Positions 27,479 through 38,074 of a stretch of DNA of 64,000 bases are shown here, in pieces; position 1 is the stretch's first letter, and each line of letters begins with the position of its first letter. The position numbers and the translations under genes are program-made. A model generated the notes under the pieces. It had not been told where the DNA came from. It was given only the letters and a program-made list of their open reading frames with translations, and searched no databases. The stretch is from an uncultured bacterium (GTDB lineage: Bacteria; Acidobacteriota; Aminicenantia; Aminicenantales; Saccharicenantaceae), in NCBI GenBank assembly GCA_937920515.1, contig CALEUG010000015.1, positions 71,382 to 135,381 on the forward strand. The letters run 5' to 3'.

Positions 27479-29959
27479 ATGAAAGAAGCCTATAATTTTG
27501 AACACATCGAGAAGAAGTGGCAGAAAATCTGGGAGGAAAGGCAGGTCTTCGAGGTCAGCGAGGATTCTGACCGCCCCAAGTATTATCTCCTGGAAATGTA
27601 TCCTTATCCCTCCGGACGGATTCACATGGGACACGTCCGGAACTATTCTATCGGTGATGTCCTGGCCCGCTTCAAGAAGATGAAGGGTTTTAACGTCCTT
27701 CATCCCATTGGCTGGGATGCCCTGGGTATGCCGGCTGAGAACGCGGCCATCAAGCACGGCATCCATCCCCGGAAGTGGACCCTGAACAACATAGACTACA
27801 TGCGCTCCCAGCTCAAAAAAATGGGGTTCAGCTATTGCTGGAGCCGGGAAGTTAACACCTGCCTTCCCGAGTACTACAAATGGAACCAGTGGATTTTCCT
27901 GAAGATGTTCGAGCAGGGCCTGGCCTACCGCCGGATGAGCTGGGTCAACTGGTGTCCCCAGTGCCGGACGGTCCTGGCCAACGAACAGGTGATAGCCGGA
28001 AAGTGCTGGCGCTGCGATAGCCAGGTAACCCAGAAAAATATGGAGCAGTGGTTCCTGAAAATTACGGCTTATGCCGAAGAGCTGCTCAGCGGGCATGAGC
28101 AGCTCAGCCGCTGGCCGGAGCACGTCCTCCAGATGCAGAAGAACTGGATCGGCCGGAGCACCGGGGCGCTGGTAAACTTTCCTGTGCCTTCTCTCAATAA
28201 ATCCATTGAAGTCTTTACCACCAGGATTGACACCATCTACGGCGCCACCTTCCTGGTGCTGAGCCCCGAGCATCCGCTGGCGGCAGAGCTGGTGGCCAAC
28301 CATCCGGACAGGGAAACCATTAAAGAATGGATGGCCAGGACCGTTGCTGAATCCAGGCTGAGAAGGGAAGAGCGAGACGAAGAAAAGGTTGGTTATGATA
28401 CCGGTGTCCGGGCTCTGAATCCCTTCAGCGGCGAGCCGGTGCCTGTCTTCCTGGCCAACTACGTTTTGATGGATTACGGCACCGGAGCCATAATGGCCGT
28501 GCCGGCTCACGACCAGCGCGACTACGAGTTTGCCGTGAAATACAACCTGCCCGTCAGGACAGTCATTGCTCCGGCTTCGCCGGACATCAAGCCTGAAGAA
28601 GGAAAGGCCTTCGAGAGCTACGGGGTGCTGGTTAACTCCGGGCCCTTTAACGGGCTGTCGTCGGAAGAGGCCATGGAGAAAATGGCTGCTTACGCCAGGG
28701 AAAAAGGTTTCGGCCAGGCCAGCGTTACCTACCGCTTGAGAGACTGGGGAATTTCCCGGCAGCGTTACTGGGGTACTCCGATACCGATAATCTACTGCGA
28801 CCGCTGCGGGGTGCAGCCGGTTCCCTACGACCGGCTTCCGGTGGAAATTCCCCCCGAGGCCAGGTTCACCGGGGAAGAAGGCTCTCCGCTGGAAAAGGTG
28901 CCGCATTTTGTCCAGACCACCTGTCCGAAATGCAGCGGTCCGGCCCGACGGGAAACTGACACCATGGATACCTTTGTCGATTCTTCCTGGTACTTCTTCC
29001 GCTACTGTTCGCCACACGAAGACAGGATTCCTTTCGTTCCGGAAAAGGCTAAATACTGGATGCCCGTGGACCTTTACATAGGCGGGGTGGAGCATGCCAT
29101 CCTGCATCTTATCTATTCCAGGTTCTTCACCAAGTACCTGCGCGACCTCGGCCTGACCGGGGTTGACGAACCCTTTCCGCATTACCTGGCCCAGGGGATG
29201 GTGACCAAGGACGGCTCGGCCATGTCCAAGTCGCGAGGCAACGTGGTGGACCCGGACGATATGATCAAGAGATACGGGGCCGATGCCCTGAGGGTCTTCA
29301 TCCTGTTCGCCTCGCCGCCGGAAAAAGAATTCGCCTGGTCGGAAGAAGGCCTGGAAGGTTGCTACCGGTTCATCCTGAGAATCTGGAACCTGTTCGAAGA
29401 GGACAGAGACCTGTTTTCAGACCAGGAGCCATCCGCCCCGGAGAAGCATGATGAGCATGGCTACCAGCGCCTGCTCAAAAAATTGCACCAGACAATAAAG
29501 AAGGTAAGCGAGGACATTGAGCTCCGCTTCCACCTCAACACGGCCATCAGCGCCCTGATGGAGCTGGTCAACACCCTGAAGAAAGAAAGGGATCTGCTGC
29601 GCTCCAGCCGGAAAGGCCGGGAGCTGCTGCGCCAGGCCCTGGAAGCCTTAAACCTGATGCTGGCCCCCTTTGCTCCCCACGTGGCCGAGGAACTCTGGGA
29701 GAAGACCGGTCACCGGACCCTGGTGGCGGAAAGCACCTGGCCGGCTTACGACCCCGAACTGGCCAGGGAAGAAATGGTGACCATCGTCGTCCAGGTTAAC
29801 GGCAAGCTCCGGGACAAGTTCGAAGTGCCGCTTGATACCGAAGATGAAATCCTGAAGAAAAAAGCTCTGGCCCTGCCCCGGATCCAGGAAATTCTGGCCG
29901 GGAAACAGCCCCGAAAGGTGGTCTGTGTCAGGAACAAGCTGGTCAGCCTGGTGGTCTGA
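27479..29959 (+). CDS. leuS: Leucyl-tRNA synthetase
   Basis: HMGH motif (PSGRIHMGHVRNY), KMSKS (AMSKSRGN), CP1 editing domain, 826 aa. Confidence 0.95.
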   Translation: MKEAYNFEHIEKKWQKIWEERQVFEVSEDSDRPKYYLLEMYPYPSGRIHMGHVRNYSIGDVLARFKKMKGFNVLHPIGWDALGMPAENAAIKHGIHPRKWTLNNIDYMRSQLKKMGFSYCWSREVNTCLPEYYKWNQWIFLKMFEQGLAYRRMSWVNWCPQCRTVLANEQVIAGKCWRCDSQVTQKNMEQWFLKITAYAEELLSGHEQLSRWPEHVLQMQKNWIGRSTGALVNFPVPSLNKSIEVFTTRIDTIYGATFLVLSPEHPLAAELVANHPDRETIKEWMARTVAESRLRREERDEEKVGYDTGVRALNPFSGEPVPVFLANYVLMDYGTGAIMAVPAHDQRDYEFAVKYNLPVRTVIAPASPDIKPEEGKAFESYGVLVNSGPFNGLSSEEAMEKMAAYAREKGFGQASVTYRLRDWGISRQRYWGTPIPIIYCDRCGVQPVPYDRLPVEIPPEARFTGEEGSPLEKVPHFVQTTCPKCSGPARRETDTMDTFVDSSWYFFRYCSPHEDRIPFVPEKAKYWMPVDLYIGGVEHAILHLIYSRFFTKYLRDLGLTGVDEPFPHYLAQGMVTKDGSAMSKSRGNVVDPDDMIKRYGADALRVFILFASPPEKEFAWSEEGLEGCYRFILRIWNLFEEDRDLFSDQEPSAPEKHDEHGYQRLLKKLHQTIKKVSEDIELRFHLNTAISALMELVNTLKKERDLLRSSRKGRELLRQALEALNLMLAPFAPHVAEELWEKTGHRTLVAESTWPAYDPELAREEMVTIVVQVNGKLRDKFEVPLDTEDEILKKKALALPRIQEILAGKQPRKVVCVRNKLVSLVV

Positions 29960-29965
29960 GCTGGA

Positions 29966-30487
29966 TTGATGAAATTCTGGCCGAAATACACAGCCTGCTG
30001 CCTGCTCCTGATTCTCCTGGTTGCCTGTGGCTATCAACTGAGGGGCAAGGGCGGCTTCTGGCCCCCGCAGATGAAGAAAATCCAGGTTCCGGTTTTCAAG
30101 AATTCTTCCGGGCGGTTTGAGCTGGACCTCAAACTCACCAGGAGTGTTATCAACGAACTGGTGGCCAGGATGGGGGTGGTAATCGTCAGCGAGCACAGCC
30201 AGGCCGACGGGCTGCTGAGCGGCGAGGTCCGGTCTTTTGAGGTCCGGCCTATTGCTTTCTCGCCGGCCGGGGCCGCCACCCGATTCAAAATAACCATCAC
30301 CACCAGCGTGGTTTTTTCCGACCTGATCAACCAGAAGGTCCTGTTTTCCGACGACAATTTCGTTTACACCGAAGAATACGAAATCCCGGAGGGAATGGAT
30401 TACGAAACGATGGAAACCAGGGCCATTGACCGGGCCGCCGAAAAGTATGCCAGACAGCTGGTGGTCAGCCTGGTAGAGGGATTTTAA
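29966..30487 (+). CDS. lptE: LPS-assembly lipoprotein LptE
   Basis: Lipobox LLVAC followed by GYQLRG, as at the LptE N-terminus. Conserved leuS-lptE-holA gene order. Confidence 0.7.
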   Translation: MMKFWPKYTACCLLLILLVACGYQLRGKGGFWPPQMKKIQVPVFKNSSGRFELDLKLTRSVINELVARMGVVIVSEHSQADGLLSGEVRSFEVRPIAFSPAGAATRFKITITTSVVFSDLINQKVLFSDDNFVYTEEYEIPEGMDYETMETRAIDRAAEKYARQLVVSLVEGF

Positions 30488-31633
30488 ATGTCAACCCGCG
30501 AACCTTTCTACCGGCTTTGGGAAAAGGAAATTTCTCCTGAAAATCCTGGCCCCGGTCTTTTCGTTTACGGAGAACAGGCGCCTTACCTGAGGACGCTTCT
30601 GCATAAAGTTGTCGGAAAAGCCCTGGGAAGCGGAGAGCAGCTTCAGCTAAAACCTTATTTCCTTTTTGATAAAGACTGGGCAGAAATTCTGGAGGAAGCC
30701 CGGAGCCCTGACATGTTTCTTTTCGCCACCAGGAAAATCCTGGTGGTGAATTTTCCGGAACCTGAGGAAGATGACCCCCAGTTAGCCGAAAGGGCCTGCC
30801 GCCAGCTGGTGGACCCGTTCGAGAAAGAAATAGAGAGGTATTTTGACTGGCCGCCAGATGGAGTCAATTTGATAATTGTCTACCCGGGACGGCTGAAAAA
30901 GGGCAACAGGCTTTTTGATTTTTTTAGCCGGCTGGCTGCCGGCCCGGGCGGAAAACTGCGGTTGCTGGAGATGAAGACGCCGCGCCCGGCCGAACTTACC
31001 GACTGGATTTACCAGGAGCTAAGGAAGCGGGGAAAAAAGACAAGCCCCCAGGTCGTCAACCGCCTGCTGGAGGCGGTCGGGCCCGACCTGCTGCTCCTTG
31101 AACAGGAAGTGGAAAAACTGAGCCTTTACTCCGGAGACCGGGCGGTAATCACCGAAGAGGACGTCCTGGCCGTCTGCGCCTTTCAGAAGACTTATGACCG
31201 CTTTGCCCTGGAGGAAGCGCTGGAGTCTGGAAGCCTGCAGGAAGCCCTGAACATCACCTCCAGGTTCCTGGCCAAAAATCCGGATGCCTCGGAGATCATA
31301 AACTACTTTACCAATCTCAGCCGGTATGTTTTATCGCTGGCCCGGGCTAAGGTGGAAGTTGAGGAGAAGAGAGTTCCGGTCAAAGAGGTCTTCAAAAAAA
31401 TGAGACCACAGTTGAGCGAGGGCTGGAGCCTGTTTGACCGCAAGCTGGAGGCTTTTTCCGTCTGCCTCAGGGCCTTCAGCCAGGAAGAGCTCAACGACCT
31501 GGTGAGAGAGCTGGGCCGGATTGACCTCAGGCTGAAATCGAGCGACCTGGACGCCGGCATAATGATAGAGACTTTTCTGGTCAGGTTTTTTCAGCTGCGG
31601 GATAGAAAAGGTCGGGACTCAAAGCTTAAATAG
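30488..31633 (+). CDS. holA: DNA polymerase III delta subunit
   Basis: 381 aa. Position directly after lptE, and helical clamp-loader delta-like composition. Confidence 0.6.
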   Translation: MSTREPFYRLWEKEISPENPGPGLFVYGEQAPYLRTLLHKVVGKALGSGEQLQLKPYFLFDKDWAEILEEARSPDMFLFATRKILVVNFPEPEEDDPQLAERACRQLVDPFEKEIERYFDWPPDGVNLIIVYPGRLKKGNRLFDFFSRLAAGPGGKLRLLEMKTPRPAELTDWIYQELRKRGKKTSPQVVNRLLEAVGPDLLLLEQEVEKLSLYSGDRAVITEEDVLAVCAFQKTYDRFALEEALESGSLQEALNITSRFLAKNPDASEIINYFTNLSRYVLSLARAKVEVEEKRVPVKEVFKKMRPQLSEGWSLFDRKLEAFSVCLRAFSQEELNDLVRELGRIDLRLKSSDLDAGIMIETFLVRFFQLRDRKGRDSKLK

Positions 31634-31904
31634 CCTTGACCGGCAGGCTCTGGGCTTGCCTTGACAGTCGGGACTTGTAGCGGGCGCCGGTATTCTTCTT
31701 GATGGTTCCCTTGGCCACGGCTTTGTCTATGGCCTTGAAAACCGCCGGCAAAAGAGACAGAGCGGCTTCCCGGTCTTCAGCTTCTATCTTTTCTCTGAGC
31801 TTCTTGATCATGGTTTTCATCAGGGATTTATTTCTCTGGTTTACGGCCCGTCTCCGCAGGCTGCGACGGTGCTGTCTGATAGCCGATTTGTGTCTGAGAG
31901 CCAT
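31626..31904 (-). CDS. rpsT: 30S ribosomal protein S20
   Basis: MALRHKSAIRQHRRSLRRRAVNQRNKS... is the canonical bS20 N-terminus. Confidence 0.9.
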   Translation of the reverse strand: MALRHKSAIRQHRRSLRRRAVNQRNKSLMKTMIKKLREKIEAEDREAALSLLPAVFKAIDKAVAKGTIKKNTGARYKSRLSRQAQSLPVKAI

Positions 31905-31996
31905 CTCTATCTCCTTTTGAGTGCCATATGATAGAATAACTTCAACTTAAAGTCAACACTCCGGGGAGAGTCCCGGGTGGCTTCGGGAGAACCAGG

Positions 31997-32449
31997 ATGA
32001 AAATAGTGCTGCAGAGAGTAAAAGAAGCCAGGGTTACTGTGGAGGGTCAGGTGGCGGGGAGCATCGGCCGGGGCCTGTGCCTTCTGGTCGGGGTGGAAAA
32101 GGGAGACAGGGAAGTTGAGGCCGACTGGCTGGCTGCCAAGGTGGCCGAGCTCCGCATCTTCCCCGATGAAAACGGCAAAATGAATCTGTCGGTCAAAGAA
32201 GCAGGAGGGAGTGTCCTGGCAGTTTCCCAGTTTACCCTGACCAGCTCTATCAGGAAGGGGCGTCGACCGAGCTTTGACAGGGCCGAAACCCCGGACCGGG
32301 CGGCCGAACTTTTTGACTGCTTCGTCAGGAAACTTCGGGAACAGAGTCTTGAGGTCCAGACCGGGGTTTTCCAGGCCATGATGGAAGTTCATTTGATAAA
32401 CGACGGGCCAGTGACTTTCATCCTGGATTCGCGCTTGAAGCAGCTCTGA
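31997..32449 (+). CDS. dtd: D-aminoacyl-tRNA deacylase
   Basis: MKIVLQRV...VSQFTL...NDGPVTF, 150 aa. Confidence 0.9.
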   Translation: MKIVLQRVKEARVTVEGQVAGSIGRGLCLLVGVEKGDREVEADWLAAKVAELRIFPDENGKMNLSVKEAGGSVLAVSQFTLTSSIRKGRRPSFDRAETPDRAAELFDCFVRKLREQSLEVQTGVFQAMMEVHLINDGPVTFILDSRLKQL

Positions 32450-32455
32450 GCGGCT

Positions 32456-33663
32456 TCAGATAATGTCCAGCAGGTGGCCCATCTTTTCTTTCTTGGCCCT
32501 CAGGTATTCCAGGTTTTCTTCGGTCGGGGGAATCTGGATCGGTACCCTTTCCACAATTTCCAGGCCGTAGCCGCTCAGCCCGCGGAATTTCCTGGGGTTA
32601 TTGGTGATCAGGCGAATTTTCTTTATTCCCAGGGCGGCCAGGATCTGGGCCCCGATTCCGTAATCCCGCTGGTCGGGCTTGAACCCCAGCCGGCAGTTGG
32701 CTTCCACCGTGTCGCAGCCCTCGTCCTGCAGCCCGTAGGCCTTGATCTTGTTGGCCAGGCCGATGCCCCGGCCCTCGTGGTTGAGCATGTAAAGGATGAC
32801 CCCGGCTCCTTCGTGCTCTATCATCTGCATGGCCGTGTGGAGCTGCTCTCCGCAGTCGCAGCGCAGGGAAGCAAAAGCATCGCCGGTCAGGCACTGGGAA
32901 TGAGCCCGGACCAGGACGGGGCTGTCTGAAGAGATTTGTCCCTTGACCAGGGCCACGTGGTGTTCCCCGTGAATTATGTCTTCGAAAACCGCTATCTGGA
33001 AGTGGCCATACCTGGTGGGCAGGTCAGCCTCTGAAATCTTTCGCACCAGGGTTTCGGTGCGCATCCGGTAGGATATCAGGTCGGCTATGGTCAGGATGGG
33101 AATGCTGTGTTCCCTGCTGAATTTCTCAAGGTCGGGCATCCGGGCCATGGTCCCGTCTTCTTTCATTATTTCACAGATGACCCCGGCCGGGTAGAGACCG
33201 GCCAGCCTGGCCAGGTCGACTGAGGCTTCGGTCTGCCCGGCACGGGCCAGCACGCCACCCTCCCTCGCTTCCAGGGGAAAAATGTGTCCTGGCCTGGCCA
33301 GGTCTTCCGGCCTGGTAGCCGGGTTGATAGCCGTCAGGATGGTCCGGGCCCGGTCGTAAGCCGAGATACCGGTGGTGACGCCTTCCCTGGCATCGATGGA
33401 GACGGTAAAGGCAGTTCCAAACCTGGTCGTGTTTTCCTGGACCATCGGCGGAAGCTGGAGTTCTTCCACCCTTTTTTTGGTGAGGGACAGACAGATGAGT
33501 CCCCGACCGAATTTAGCCATGAAATTAATTATTTCCGGGGTAACTTTTTCCGCGGCCACCATCAGGTCGCCCTCGTTTTCGCGGTCTTCGTCATCCACGA
33601 TGATGATCAGGCGGCCGGCGCGAACCGCTTCCAGAGCTTGTTCAACACTTATGGTTTCTGGTT
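32456..33663 (-). CDS. ribBA: Bifunctional 3,4-dihydroxy-2-butanone-4-phosphate synthase / GTP cyclohydrolase II
   Basis: DHBP synthase block ([13 protein letters not shown]) plus a GCH-II block with a Cys cluster (CDCGEQL). Start chosen at the ATG at 33663 (MDKKPET), which leaves a 30-nt gap to the ribE stop; the longer ORF to 33799 would overlap ribE by more than 100 nt. Confidence 0.9.
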
Positions 33664-33692
33664 TTTTGTCCATTTTTAGAGAACCAATCGGA

Positions 33693-34286
33693 TCAGTACC
33701 TGAGTCCGGAGATAAAATTATACACGTATTTGCCGATGATGTCACATTCGAGGTTGACCCGGTCCCCCGGCCGGAGAAGGTCGAGGTTTGTTTCCTCAAG
33801 GGTGGCCGGGATCAGTTCCACTTCAAAATAACCGGCTCCCAGGGCCGCCACCGTCAGGCTGACCCCGTTAACGGCCACCGAGCCCTTGGCCACCAGGAAT
33901 TTTCTCAGTTCCCGTCCCATGCGGATTTTCAGGCGTTTTCCCGGCCTCCGGGGTTTGACTTCCAGCACCTGGCCCAGGCCGTCTGTGTGACCTGTAACCA
34001 GGTGGCCGCCCAGCAGGGTTTCCGGGGTCACCGGCGGCTCTAAGTTCAATTCCTGCCCTGGACGCAACCGGCCGAGGGTGGTCTTCTCCAGGGTTTCCCT
34101 GGACAGGTTAAAGACAAGAGAATCATTCTCCTTTGAGGCCACAGTCAGGCAGACTCCGTCAACGGCCAGGCTCTGGCCTTTTTCCAGCTTCCGGTTCAGC
34201 TCGCCCGGAACTTCGACCACCAGTTCCGCCCGGCTCCGGCGGAACTCCCGGAAACGCCCCCGGTAGGAAATCAGCCCCGTAAACAT
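33693..34286 (-). CDS. ribE: Riboflavin synthase alpha subunit
   Basis: MFTGLI...VDGVCLTV repeated in two lumazine-binding half-domains. Confidence 0.9.
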   Translation of the reverse strand: MFTGLISYRGRFREFRRSRAELVVEVPGELNRKLEKGQSLAVDGVCLTVASKENDSLVFNLSRETLEKTTLGRLRPGQELNLEPPVTPETLLGGHLVTGHTDGLGQVLEVKPRRPGKRLKIRMGRELRKFLVAKGSVAVNGVSLTVAALGAGYFEVELIPATLEETNLDLLRPGDRVNLECDIIGKYVYNFISGLRY

Positions 34287-35389
34287 CAGAAGTATCCTTC
34301 AATTATTATATCGTTTCTTATGGTAAAATGTCGCAGCTTTTTCAACTCCAGGGAATCGGCCACGGTTTCTGCGCCCGGGCCCTCGAAGGGAGTCGGCGAT
34401 TTTTCGCCCCCGATGAACCGGGGAGAAATGAAGAAATAGACCTTATCGGCCAGTTTCTGCTGGATAAAAGAGGTAAGGACCATGGCCCCGCCTTCCACCA
34501 GGACCGAGGCAATTTCCCGGCGCCTTAGTTCTTCCAGAACCACTCTTAAATCCAGCTGACCGTTAAAGGCGGGCGCCTGAATTATTTCCGCGCCCTTCTG
34601 CTTGAGCCGGGCCGCTCTGTCCTCCGGTACCGCTGCCCCGGCAAAAATAATCACTTTTCCTCCCCTTAAATCTTTCAGCAGCCTGGCCCCGGGCGGAAAA
34701 CGCAAGAAGGTATCCAGGACCACCCGGTGCCATTTTTTACCGGATGTCTCTTCCAGCCGCACGGTCAGCTCCGGGTCGTCTTTAAGCACAGTGTTGATGC
34801 CCACCAGGATGGCATCATTTTCGGCCCTGAGGTTCTGGACAAAGTACCTGGATTCCGGGCAGGAAATCCACCTGGAGTCGCCGGAAGAGGCGGCCATTTT
34901 GCCGTCGAGGCTGAGGGCTGCCTTGAGGGTGACGAAAGGAATGCGGCTGGTGATGTATTTTATATAAGATTCATTCAGCTGCAGGTTTAATTGGCTCAGC
35001 AACCCGGTTTCGACTTTAATTCCGGCCTGGAGCAGGCGGGCCACGCCCTTTTTGTGGACCAGGGGGTTGGGGTCGTAGGCGGACACCACCACCCGCTTCA
35101 ACCCGGTCTCCAGAAGGCGGTCAACGCAGGGCGGGGTCCGCCCCTGGTGAACACAGGGTTCGAGCGTGAGGTAGAGGGTGGCTCCCCTGGCCCGCAGTCC
35201 GGCCCTTTCCAGGGCCACTATTTCGGCATGCGGTTGCCCGGCCTCCTGATGATAGCCCCAGCCGACTATCCTTCCGTCTTTGACCACGACTGCCCCCACA
35301 CAGGGGTTGGGGCTGGTCCGGCCTTTGGCCTTTTCAGCCAGGGAATAGGCCATTTCCATGAATTCCAGGTCTTCCCTCAAGCTGCTCAT
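34286..35389 (-). CDS. ribD: Bifunctional diaminohydroxyphosphoribosylaminopyrimidine deaminase / 5-amino-6-(5-phosphoribosylamino)uracil reductase
   Basis: CMP/dCMP-type deaminase motif HAEIVAL...PCVHQGRTPPC, followed by a reductase domain. Confidence 0.9.
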   Translation of the reverse strand: MSSLREDLEFMEMAYSLAEKAKGRTSPNPCVGAVVVKDGRIVGWGYHQEAGQPHAEIVALERAGLRARGATLYLTLEPCVHQGRTPPCVDRLLETGLKRVVVSAYDPNPLVHKKGVARLLQAGIKVETGLLSQLNLQLNESYIKYITSRIPFVTLKAALSLDGKMAASSGDSRWISCPESRYFVQNLRAENDAILVGINTVLKDDPELTVRLEETSGKKWHRVVLDTFLRFPPGARLLKDLRGGKVIIFAGAAVPEDRAARLKQKGAEIIQAPAFNGQLDLRVVLEELRRREIASVLVEGGAMVLTSFIQQKLADKVYFFISPRFIGGEKSPTPFEGPGAETVADSLELKKLRHFTIRNDIIIEGYF

Positions 35390-36372
35390 GACAGCAAAGC
35401 CTCGACGAAGGATTCCGGCGAAAACTCCAGCAGGTCTTTCTCGCTTTCACCGATGCCGATAAATTTTATCGGGAGATGCAGCTCTTCAGTTACAGCCAGC
35501 ACGCTGCCTCCCCGGGCCGTCCCGTCGAGCTTGGTCAGGAAAATCCCGGTTATCCCGGAGAAACGGTTGAACTCGCGGGCCTGAACGATGGCATTCTGAC
35601 CGATGGTGGAGTCCAGCACCAGCAGGATCTCCTGCGGGGCACCGGCAATTTCGCGACTGATGATTCTTTTAATCTTTTCCAGTTCGGCCATCAGGTTGGA
35701 GTAGGTGTGAAGTCGCCCGGCCGTGTCCACCAGCAGCAGGTCATAGTTCCTGGCTTTGAAAGATTGAATGGCGTCATAGACGACAGAAGCCGGGTCGGCT
35801 CCGCTCTGACCCTGAACCACAGGCAGGTTGAGTCTTTTGCCCCAGAGTTGAAGCTGCTCCTGAGCGGCTGCCCGGAAAGTATCGGCAGCTGCCAGCATTA
35901 CCTTTTTGCCCAGAGCCTGGTATCGGTGAGCCAGCTTGGCGGCCGAGGTGGTCTTGCCGCCGCCGTTAACCCCGACCAGCATCCAGACCGCGGGCCAGGA
36001 ATCACTTGTAGCTGCCGGCGGGGAGGAAAAAAGGGCAACCAGTTCCTGCTTGAGCAGAGCCTTGAGGTCGGCCGAGCCTTGCTTTCTGGCCCGGTCACGA
36101 AGACCTGAAATAATCCGGTCAGTGGTGCTGACCCCGACATCTGCCAGAATCAGGAGCTCGTACAGTTCTTCCAGCAGTTCTTCCCGGGGCCGGCTGCCCT
36201 GAAAAAGCTGTTCTATGCGGCTGAAGATTTCCCTGGTCTTGCTGAGCTTCTGCTTTAATTTATCGAACACGGCCTTTGAATTATATTTTCGGCTGCCGGC
36301 GATGTCAAACGACCGCGGACGGGACGGCGGTCGGTTGTGTAAGAGGTTTTCTTGTGTTAAATTGAAAAACAT
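35386..36372 (-). CDS. ftsY: Signal recognition particle receptor FtsY
   Basis: NG domain with the GTPase motifs GVNGGGKTTSAAKLA, DTAGR and TKLDGTARGG. The real start may be the internal GTG (VFDKLKQKLSKT), because the annotated ATG overlaps the divergent recJ ATG (CATG). Confidence 0.85.
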   Translation of the reverse strand: MFFNLTQENLLHNRPPSRPRSFDIAGSRKYNSKAVFDKLKQKLSKTREIFSRIEQLFQGSRPREELLEELYELLILADVGVSTTDRIISGLRDRARKQGSADLKALLKQELVALFSSPPAATSDSWPAVWMLVGVNGGGKTTSAAKLAHRYQALGKKVMLAAADTFRAAAQEQLQLWGKRLNLPVVQGQSGADPASVVYDAIQSFKARNYDLLLVDTAGRLHTYSNLMAELEKIKRIISREIAGAPQEILLVLDSTIGQNAIVQAREFNRFSGITGIFLTKLDGTARGGSVLAVTEELHLPIKFIGIGESEKDLLEFSPESFVEALLS

Positions 36373-38074
36373 GGAGGCCCGTTACAGATGGCAGATTGTC
36401 CCGCCCGACCCCGAGGCCTGGATTCTGGCCCAGGAGCTCAACCTGCCCCACGAAATTGCCACTATCCTGGTCAACCGTGGCCTGCGCTCGACTGCCGAAG
36501 CGGCCTTTTTCCTATACGGCGGGCTGAATGAACTGCACGACCCTTTCCTGATGAAGGGCATGAAAGAGGCCGTGGACCGGATTCGCCGGGCTATCGAAAA
36601 AAAAGAAAAAATAGTAATCTTTGGCGATTATGATGTCGACGGCATCCTGTCGGTGGTTATGATGGTCAAGGCCCTCGGCCTGCTGGGCGGACGGGTTGAA
36701 TATTTCATCCCCGAAAGGATGAAAGACGGCTACGGTCTCAAACTCCATCACCTGGAACATATTCTTCAGATGAAGGCCAACCTGCTAATCAGCGTCGACT
36801 GCGGCATTAAAGCGGTTGATTTTGTTCGAGAGGCCAGAAACCACGGGCTGGAGGTGATAATAACCGATCATCATCATCCCGGCGAAAAGCTGCCGGAAGC
36901 GGTGGCCATCCTTAATCCAGTCCTGGAAAGTTCCGGTTACCCTGACCGGAACCTGGCCGGGGTGGGAGTCGTCTTCAAGCTGATTCAGGCCATTTTCTTT
37001 CGTTTCGGGATCAATCAGGACCTTAACCATTTCTTAAAGCTGGTCAGCATCGGCACGGTGGCCGACGTGGCCGAGCTGAAGGGTGAAAACCGCATCCTGG
37101 TCCGGGAGGGCCTTAAGAAATTAAAAGAAGCCCGAACTCCTGGACTCAGAAGCTTGCTTGACGGTTCCGGGTTGAACAACCGGAAGCTGAACGAGGTGGA
37201 CCTTGGTTTCCGGCTGGGGCCGCGGATAAACGCCGCTGGCCGGCTGGGAATGACCGAGATTGCCCTGCAGCTTTTTTTCTCCGATTCGCCTGAGGAATGC
37301 AACTCCCTGGTCAAAAAGTTAAACGAGCTCAATTCGGCCCGGCAGAGGATTGAAGAGAAAATCTTGAGGGAAGCGGTGGAAAAAATAGAGTCCCGCCAGC
37401 TTCATCAAAAATACCGTTTGCTGGTCCTGGGCAGTGAAAACTGGCACCGCGGGGTCATCGGTATCGTTGCTTCCCGGCTGAAAGAAATCTTCTACCGCCC
37501 GGTGATTCTGTTCTCCTACGAAAACGGTCAGGCCTACGGTTCCGGCCGGAGTGTGCCGGAGCTGTCTCTGATTGACCTGGTCAACGAGTGCGCCGACCTC
37601 TGCCAGAATTTCGGCGGCCATAAACAGGCGGTGGGATGCACCCTGAGTTATGACCGGTTACCAGATTTCAAAGAGCGATTGAACAGCCTGGCCCGGGTCA
37701 GGATTACCGAAGAGATCCTGGAGAGAAAATTGCAGATTGACTCCAGACTGAATTTTTCTTCCATCACCCCGTCTTTCCTGGAATTTTATTCCAGGTTGCT
37801 GCCCTTTGGAGTCGGCAATCCGCGACCGGTGTTCGTGGCCGAAGAGGCCGATGTCCTGAGCGAACCCTCGGTTGTTCAGAACCGCCACCTGAAGTTCTGG
37901 GCCAGGCAGTCGGGTCGGGTGTTTGAGGTTATGGCCTGGGAAAAGGCCAGGTTCTGGCCGGGCCTGCGCCGGGGAGCCTCGCTGGACCTGGCTTATTCTT
38001 TGCAATTTTCCGATTACCGCGGAAAAAGACAGATCACCCTGACCCTGGAAGACCTGAGGGTCCATCGGGCCTGA
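36371..38074 (+). CDS. recJ: Single-stranded-DNA-specific exonuclease RecJ
   Basis: DHH motifs (IFGDYDVDG, ITDHHHP), a DHHA1 domain and a C-terminal OB-like region. Start chosen at MEARYRW (36371) inside the longer ORF 36215..38074. Confidence 0.85.
   Translation: MEARYRWQIVPPDPEAWILAQELNLPHEIATILVNRGLRSTAEAAFFLYGGLNELHDPFLMKGMKEAVDRIRRAIEKKEKIVIFGDYDVDGILSVVMMVKALGLLGGRVEYFIPERMKDGYGLKLHHLEHILQMKANLLISVDCGIKAVDFVREARNHGLEVIITDHHHPGEKLPEAVAILNPVLESSGYPDRNLAGVGVVFKLIQAIFFRFGINQDLNHFLKLVSIGTVADVAELKGENRILVREGLKKLKEARTPGLRSLLDGSGLNNRKLNEVDLGFRLGPRINAAGRLGMTEIALQLFFSDSPEECNSLVKKLNELNSARQRIEEKILREAVEKIESRQLHQKYRLLVLGSENWHRGVIGIVASRLKEIFYRPVILFSYENGQAYGSGRSVPELSLIDLVNECADLCQNFGGHKQAVGCTLSYDRLPDFKERLNSLARVRITEEILERKLQIDSRLNFSSITPSFLEFYSRLLPFGVGNPRPVFVAEEADVLSEPSVVQNRHLKFWARQSGRVFEVMAWEKARFWPGLRRGASLDLAYSLQFSDYRGKRQITLTLEDLRVHRA

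Noticed and set aside
27416-29182. 588-aa minus-strand ORF
   Set aside because: It is antisense to leuS, which is unambiguous (HMGH/KMSKS). The shadow ORF is a by-product of high GC.
35476-36108. 210-aa plus-strand ORF
   Set aside because: It is antisense to ftsY, which shows an unmistakable NG-domain GTPase.
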